A DNA stretch of 63,988 bases, counting the filler, from Rhizaria sp. SCN 62-66 (taxonomy: Eukaryota), in the NCBI GenBank assembly GCA_001724265.1. It is 3 parts of 3 records of this genome, joined end to end, with 100 filler letters (N's around TTAATTAATTAA, not from the genome) between each part and the next. Parts side by side here need not be neighbours in the genome. Positions count along the whole stretch, not along the records: positions 52,691 to 63,988 come from MEDY01000546.1; 2 more parts are not named here. One strand, given 5' to 3'. This document shows, piece after piece, positions 59,299 through 63,988 of the stretch (position 1 is its first letter; each line of letters opens with the position of its first letter). A model generated the notes under the pieces. The model was not told the origin of the DNA. It was given only the letters and a program-made list of their open reading frames with translations, and searched no databases. Both the position numbers and the translations under genes were made by a program.

Positions 59299-60948
59299 GG
59301 CGATTCTGTCAAGATTGCAGTGGCCAGCGCCGACTCGGCTACTCCTGGTGCGACCTCAAGCCCATTCACTCCCAGTGCCACCGCAACTGCGACTGCCACG
59401 GCGACAACAACAACAACAGCAGCAGCAGAGACAGCGGCGGCGACGGACGTGACGACACCAGGTAGCCCTGCCACTCCCATCTCCCACTCCCGCCGCCGCA
59501 AGGGCAGCAACGACAGCCGCGACAGCCGGGACAGCGGCGGCCGGGGCCGCGGCAGTGGCCGGGACTGGCGCGGGCGCGGGCACGCGTCGTCGCCCTTCTC
59601 GGGGGCGGGTTCGCCGTTCTCGCCGCCGCCACCGGGCCACTCGGCCGCGGCGGACGCTGCGGGCGCCGCGGAGACGACCGTGTTCATGTCTCGGCTCTTC
59701 GCGGCACACAACGCGGCAGCGGCGGCACAACAGCAACAGCAACAGCAACAGCTGCACAGCAGAGGCGGCAGCAGGGGCAGCAGTGTGAATAACACGCCGA
59801 CACGCACGCCCATTCGCGCCGCCAACGCTGCCCACGGTCACGCCCACGGTTACGCTTACAACGACTCACAGTCACCTGTGTCACCCCGCCCGCACTCGCA
59901 CTCGCATGCGGTGCAGGGCGCGGCAGTGCTGGGCACTGTGGACGCGGGCATGCTCCCGGTGCTGGCGGTCGCGGCTGCGCTCAGTCCGCGCTTCCGCGGC
60001 TTAACTTTGCAGCCCTCACCCTCGCCGTCGCCGTCGCCGTCGCCGCCTCTGGGCGCGAGCGCTGGATCTGGCTCGATTAACAACAACAACAACAACAATA
60101 CGGTCAGTCGCAGCAACAGCGGCGTCACTGTTGTGAAGCCTTCCGCGTCCCCGCTGGTCCAGAGCAAGAGCCAGAGCAACGGCGACGTGATGTCTGACAT
60201 TGCGACTGCCGCGACTTCCCAGGGTGACCGTGAGCAGGCGCTCTCGGGCCAGGACCAGGACGAGTGCGTGCGCGTGGCTGAGCAGGATCCCGACAGGGCG
60301 CCCGTAGGCGACTGTGACCAGAAGCAGGAGCAGGAACAGGAGCAGGAGCTGGAGCGCGGTGATCTGTCCCCGTCGTCGTCCTTTTCGTCTTTTGTCTCGC
60401 TCTCGCCGCCGCCAGACCTCTACCAGTCGATGCACCCCACCGCCATCACCGCTTCCGCGTCAGCCTCAGTAACCGCGAGCACTGCTGCTGCTGCTGGTGC
60501 GAATGCGACCGCTGCCGACGGCGCTGCTGCGACGGACAGTGGCGCCGCCGCCGCTGCCGCGGGGCCGGCCCCCGTCGCGGCGCCCGCGCCGCCCGTGCTC
60601 TCCCCGCTTGCCGCGCTGGCCGCCGCGGCCGCCGCGCGCGCCGCCGCCTCGGCCGCGGCCGCTCTGGACGCTGCGTCGGACCCGCTGCTGCTGCAGTCGT
60701 CGCTGGCGCAGGGCGCGTGTGCGGACGTCGCGCCCCCGGCCTGCGAGGCGCTCGCGGGCGTGTTTGCGGGCGTGCTCGAGGCGCCGCTGGACGCGTGCCG
60801 CGACGAAGTGGCCGCGCTGGCGCGGATCAACGCGGCCAAGGCGCGCTGCGACCGGCAGTGGCTGCTGGCATGGGCTGAGCTCGAAGGCGTGCTCAGCCGG
60901 CGCGAACTGCTCACGGCCGCGCTCGAGCGCGTCAGTGAGTTCAAATGA
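52691..60948 (+). CDS. Giant (>2738 aa) low-complexity hypothetical protein, probably 5'-truncated by the contig start
   Basis: The frame is open from the spacer to the TGA at 60948. Short ordered-looking islands (e.g. GHGYWAYGGVRENAVLLVD, LWFAAVRAVLGCPQWGYCD) lie among A/S/N/Q/P tracts. No family recognised. Confidence 0.75.
59242..59298 (+). repeat. Perfect (AACAGC)9.5 coding microsatellite encoding (Asn-Ser)n
   Basis: Read directly; one of many coding tri- and hexanucleotide repeats in the window. Confidence 0.92.
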
Positions 60949-61689
60949 GCACAGCAACTAACTAAGACAGCATCGCATGTGAGAGTGAGATAAGTGACTT
61001 TGAGTCACGTGAAAGAAAAAAAGAGAGATGCAACAAAAAGAGATGCTTTATTGCTTCTTAGACTTATGATTTGACTATTTCAGAATTGATTTTTATATTT
61101 TTAAGTACTTATTGCGTTTATATAGCTATTTTATAGATGGGCTTTGTTTGCTGCACAGCAAGGTCCAGTTACATGATCAGTCACGTGACTCGAACTATCC
61201 GTAATCCGTACGTAATGATCGTTGACGCCCGTCAGCAATTCTAATCTTTTTAAAATTAAGGAAAACCCTTGATTGTTGGAGATTAGACCCGATAATGTCC
61301 ACTTTCGTAGCTTTATTGTGACTTCCCTGTTCCGCTTATTTGCAGATTGTCTTCATTGCGCTAAGTACTTCGTGACGCTTCAAGTTTGGAGTATCGGAAT
61401 AAACCTATAGCTCTATTCATTTCGCTTCACCTTATTCTAACTCTCCAGTGAGATTGTTTTATGAGTTCAAGTGTCATATAAACTTGTGGACTCAACCAGC
61501 CAATCGCATGCCACCGTCGCCACGGGATTGTTAAATACACTCTTACTATTTGTTAGTGTGCTATTTGAGAAACTGGGGTACGGGGTGCAGTCTGGGACAT
61601 GGAGAAGCGCAGCGATAGAAGAGCGGAGGAGAGCAAGCAACCCGACAAATTGTTCTACAACGCTATGCCTAGTTAAGCCACCCGGCCTC

Positions 61690-62262
61690 ATGACCGTGGT
61701 CCAGCCGGTCCACAGTCTAAAATCTCACTCTCGGCGCGGACTACTCGCGGACGCTCATCATGGACACACAGGCTCGAACTCAAGTGACAAAAACAGCAAC
61801 ACTGTTCTGTCGACGGATGTCACAGCAACAGCAATGTTACCGCTGGTACATGTGGATGTTGTGAAGCCCTCAGCTTCCCCGCTGGTCAACACCAATAGCC
61901 AGAGCGACTTGATCTCCGATGTTGCGACTAGTGCCGGTGATGCGAGCAGATGGAACTACAGGCACGATGTCTTACAAAACCGTCATCAACCACTTGGACA
62001 GTATTTCAATCAGCGCTCTAAATCACTACACAGCTTCCAGCAAGTGTTCGTCTCTTGGAGTCGGCAGGCACATTTCAACGCGGTATCGGTTGGGCATAAT
62101 GTGGAAATTCAAATTGATCAAGTTCACCCGATGATTGAAAGTGATAACAGCACAATCGTCGGTTACGATTCAGGATCTATGATGACTCGTGAGTCTTCTG
62201 AAAGGTATGTTCGGAGCTTTATTGATCAAGTGACCACACTTCAAACGTGCTCCCATAGTTGA
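61690..62262 (+). pseudogene. Low-GC ORF carrying a degenerate duplicate of part of the upstream giant gene (young gene or pseudogene)
   Basis: VVKPSASPLVNTNSQSDLISDVAT (61858-61929) versus VVKPSASPLVQSKSQSNGDVMSDIAT (60130-60207), with evident nucleotide similarity. Confidence 0.5.
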
Positions 62263-63093
62263 TTTGGCGATTCCGGAGTGACCTGGCGCAGAGGCAACTT
62301 CAAGAGAAATGCTGGTCAATTGATTGCCAGTCATCGTAACACAAGATGAAAAAAGACTGAAAATGACTATCGCATGACAAGAGAATCAGCGCATTGCATA
62401 TCAATAAGAGAAATTTCAAAGGATATTGAGCTACACCTGATGCTCATTGTAGTGAAGCTTGAACAATGCTTCAAGCGTGACATTGAACAACATCAATACA
62501 AAACAAACTCAGGTGGTTTTTGATAAAAAACCAGCAAAACACATGAGAACAAACTAGCGTGCTTGAGAAGAAGAGAAGCGAGGTATTTACGGAATCCATA
62601 TTCAATTGTCACATCAGTTGCCCGTGACCAGACTTCTCGGTACGAACACATAGTATTTGTGACATAAAAATGCACTATAAAACGACGCATTTTCATTGCT
62701 GCGTCAGGTGCGAAGAAGAATTATTGCATCATAAAAAAGGTTTCAAAGAGATCCGTGCTTTCGTAAGAGCTTAGAGGACTAATGAAATCACAGATCCGCA
62801 GACACACCGATCACATACAAAGGCACGGATGAAATGGTGCAACGTAGACACAATCGTTGCCATGGTTGTAACAGTATCCTAGTTAGCTGCATGCACGTTG
62901 TAAGAGAAGTAGAAAGAAAAAAAATTTCGAGAGGTCAATATGAACACAACACGGAAAAATAAACTTAACAGAATAACGAGAGATGGATATATTGTCTTCC
63001 AACAACAGAACACCAGAGAGGGAAGATAGGGCCATTCTGACCAATTATGAGGACAAACACAGCTTCCGCATGACAGTGACATATTTTTAAGCA

Positions 63094-63988
63094 TTACACG
63101 AGAAAGGTGATCATGAAAAGCAATGTTACGAACATCGCCTTCACAATACCCATATCAGCTGCGGTGATGGCGCTGTTGACCTTGCCGCACGTCCCATCGC
63201 GGTTGCAAACGCCTGAGAGACAGTCTGAATTCTGGCTGCAGGGTTGAGGCGTGGAGTCCAGCAGCGAGCGGAACGACACAGGCGGCGTGCTTATGAGCAG
63301 TAAAGGGTACGTTGTGTTGACGCCCGCAACGGTGGCTGTGAGAGTCAGGTCGAACAGCCGTTTAGAGCTGGTAACAAAGTTGCACACGATGGCGGGCGCT
63401 GCAATGCCAAAACCAGTCGTCGGCACTGTCACCGTGTTGCCCCGGGAGACAGCAGCGTTGGTTACTGCAACGCAGTTGTGCACGTGCGAGCTGAGAGTGA
63501 ACTTGTCATCAGCATCCAGCAGAGAAAACGTGCCAGACGGCGCAAACGTGACAGAAATCGTATACTGCGACGGCATCACGGTTGCATCAAGCTCAAGCGG
63601 CAAAGCGGGCACTTGCGCGGGGACGTAGGGTGTCGCGCCGTGCGAATCGTACACAGTGCACGAAGGCGTCTGGCGCGTGGCCACAACAAGATCTGTGGCA
63701 CTTGCGACGACGTCAACTTTGGTGACGGCGACAGAGTGGTAATACAGCGCATCAATCTGCGTCGCTTGGCTCCATGACGTGAGCGCCACCGGTGTAACCG
63801 CACCAGAGCTTGACACAATGCCGATCATTAGAACGGGCGCATCGCACACAAGCATGACAGTATGGCCTGACTGGAAACGTGGCATTGTAATCGAAAACGC
63901 CTTTGCACCGCTGGCAACAGCAGTGAACGTGACCGGTGCGATGTTGTCGTCAACAAGCACGCGCACAGGGGCGTCCATGACTCCGGCT
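63094..63988 (-). CDS. Putative GPI-anchored or tail-anchored surface protein, probably 5'-truncated by the window edge
   Basis: V/T/S-rich beta-strand-like ectodomain, Cys knot PCSQNSDCLSGVCNRDGTC, then NSA, a spacer and a hydrophobic C-terminus AMFVTLLFMITFLV*. The frame is open to the window end. Confidence 0.72.
   Translation of the reverse strand, partial: AGVMDAPVRVLVDDNIAPVTFTAVASGAKAFSITMPRFQSGHTVMLVCDAPVLMIGIVSSSGAVTPVALTSWSQATQIDALYYHSVAVTKVDVVASATDLVVATRQTPSCTVYDSHGATPYVPAQVPALPLELDATVMPSQYTISVTFAPSGTFSLLDADDKFTLSSHVHNCVAVTNAAVSRGNTVTVPTTGFGIAAPAIVCNFVTSSKRLFDLTLTATVAGVNTTYPLLLISTPPVSFRSLLDSTPQPCSQNSDCLSGVCNRDGTCGKVNSAITAADMGIVKAMFVTLLFMITFLV

Noticed and set aside
2727-63096. Ciliate-type code (UAA and UAG both Gln)
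   Set aside because: TAA clearly terminates conserved proteins at their expected C-termini (eL6 ...MKF*, eL27 ...KLRF*), and no in-frame TAA was seen in the modelled exons.
1-63988. CRISPR arrays, prokaryotic operons or defence systems, transposases, rRNA or tRNA genes (including a suppressor tRNA-CUA)
   Set aside because: None recognisable by eye. Repeats are coding microsatellites without a repeat-spacer structure, and the DNA is intron-containing eukaryotic sequence. A tRNA could be missed without a covariance search.

Overview
This is eukaryotic (protist-like) nuclear DNA, not prokaryotic. It is three contigs (1-26302, 26403-52590, 52691-63988) joined by artificial N-TTAATTAATTAA-N spacers. 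Exons are GC-rich with heavy Ala/Ser/Gln/Asn low-complexity expansion, and I could reconstruct 11 short GT-AG introns (118-264 nt, mostly GTACGT donors). Recognisable genes: a giant membrane-anchored pepsin-like protein, a ROK sugar kinase, an SVOP-like MFS transporter, RanBP1, POLD3, a WD40-like protein, a probably mitochondrial DEDDh exonuclease, an ARM-like protein, a second MFS transporter, truncated RPS6/RPL6/RPL27, and several giant low-complexity ORFs. The main finding is evidence for a variant nuclear genetic code in which UAG is a sense codon (most likely Gln) while UAA and UGA remain stops. Four in-frame TAGs interrupt three otherwise continuous genes, one inside a poly-Gln run, and none of the 17 gene ends I modelled uses TAG (12 TAA, 5 TGA). 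All family assignments come from motif recognition by eye, with no database searches.
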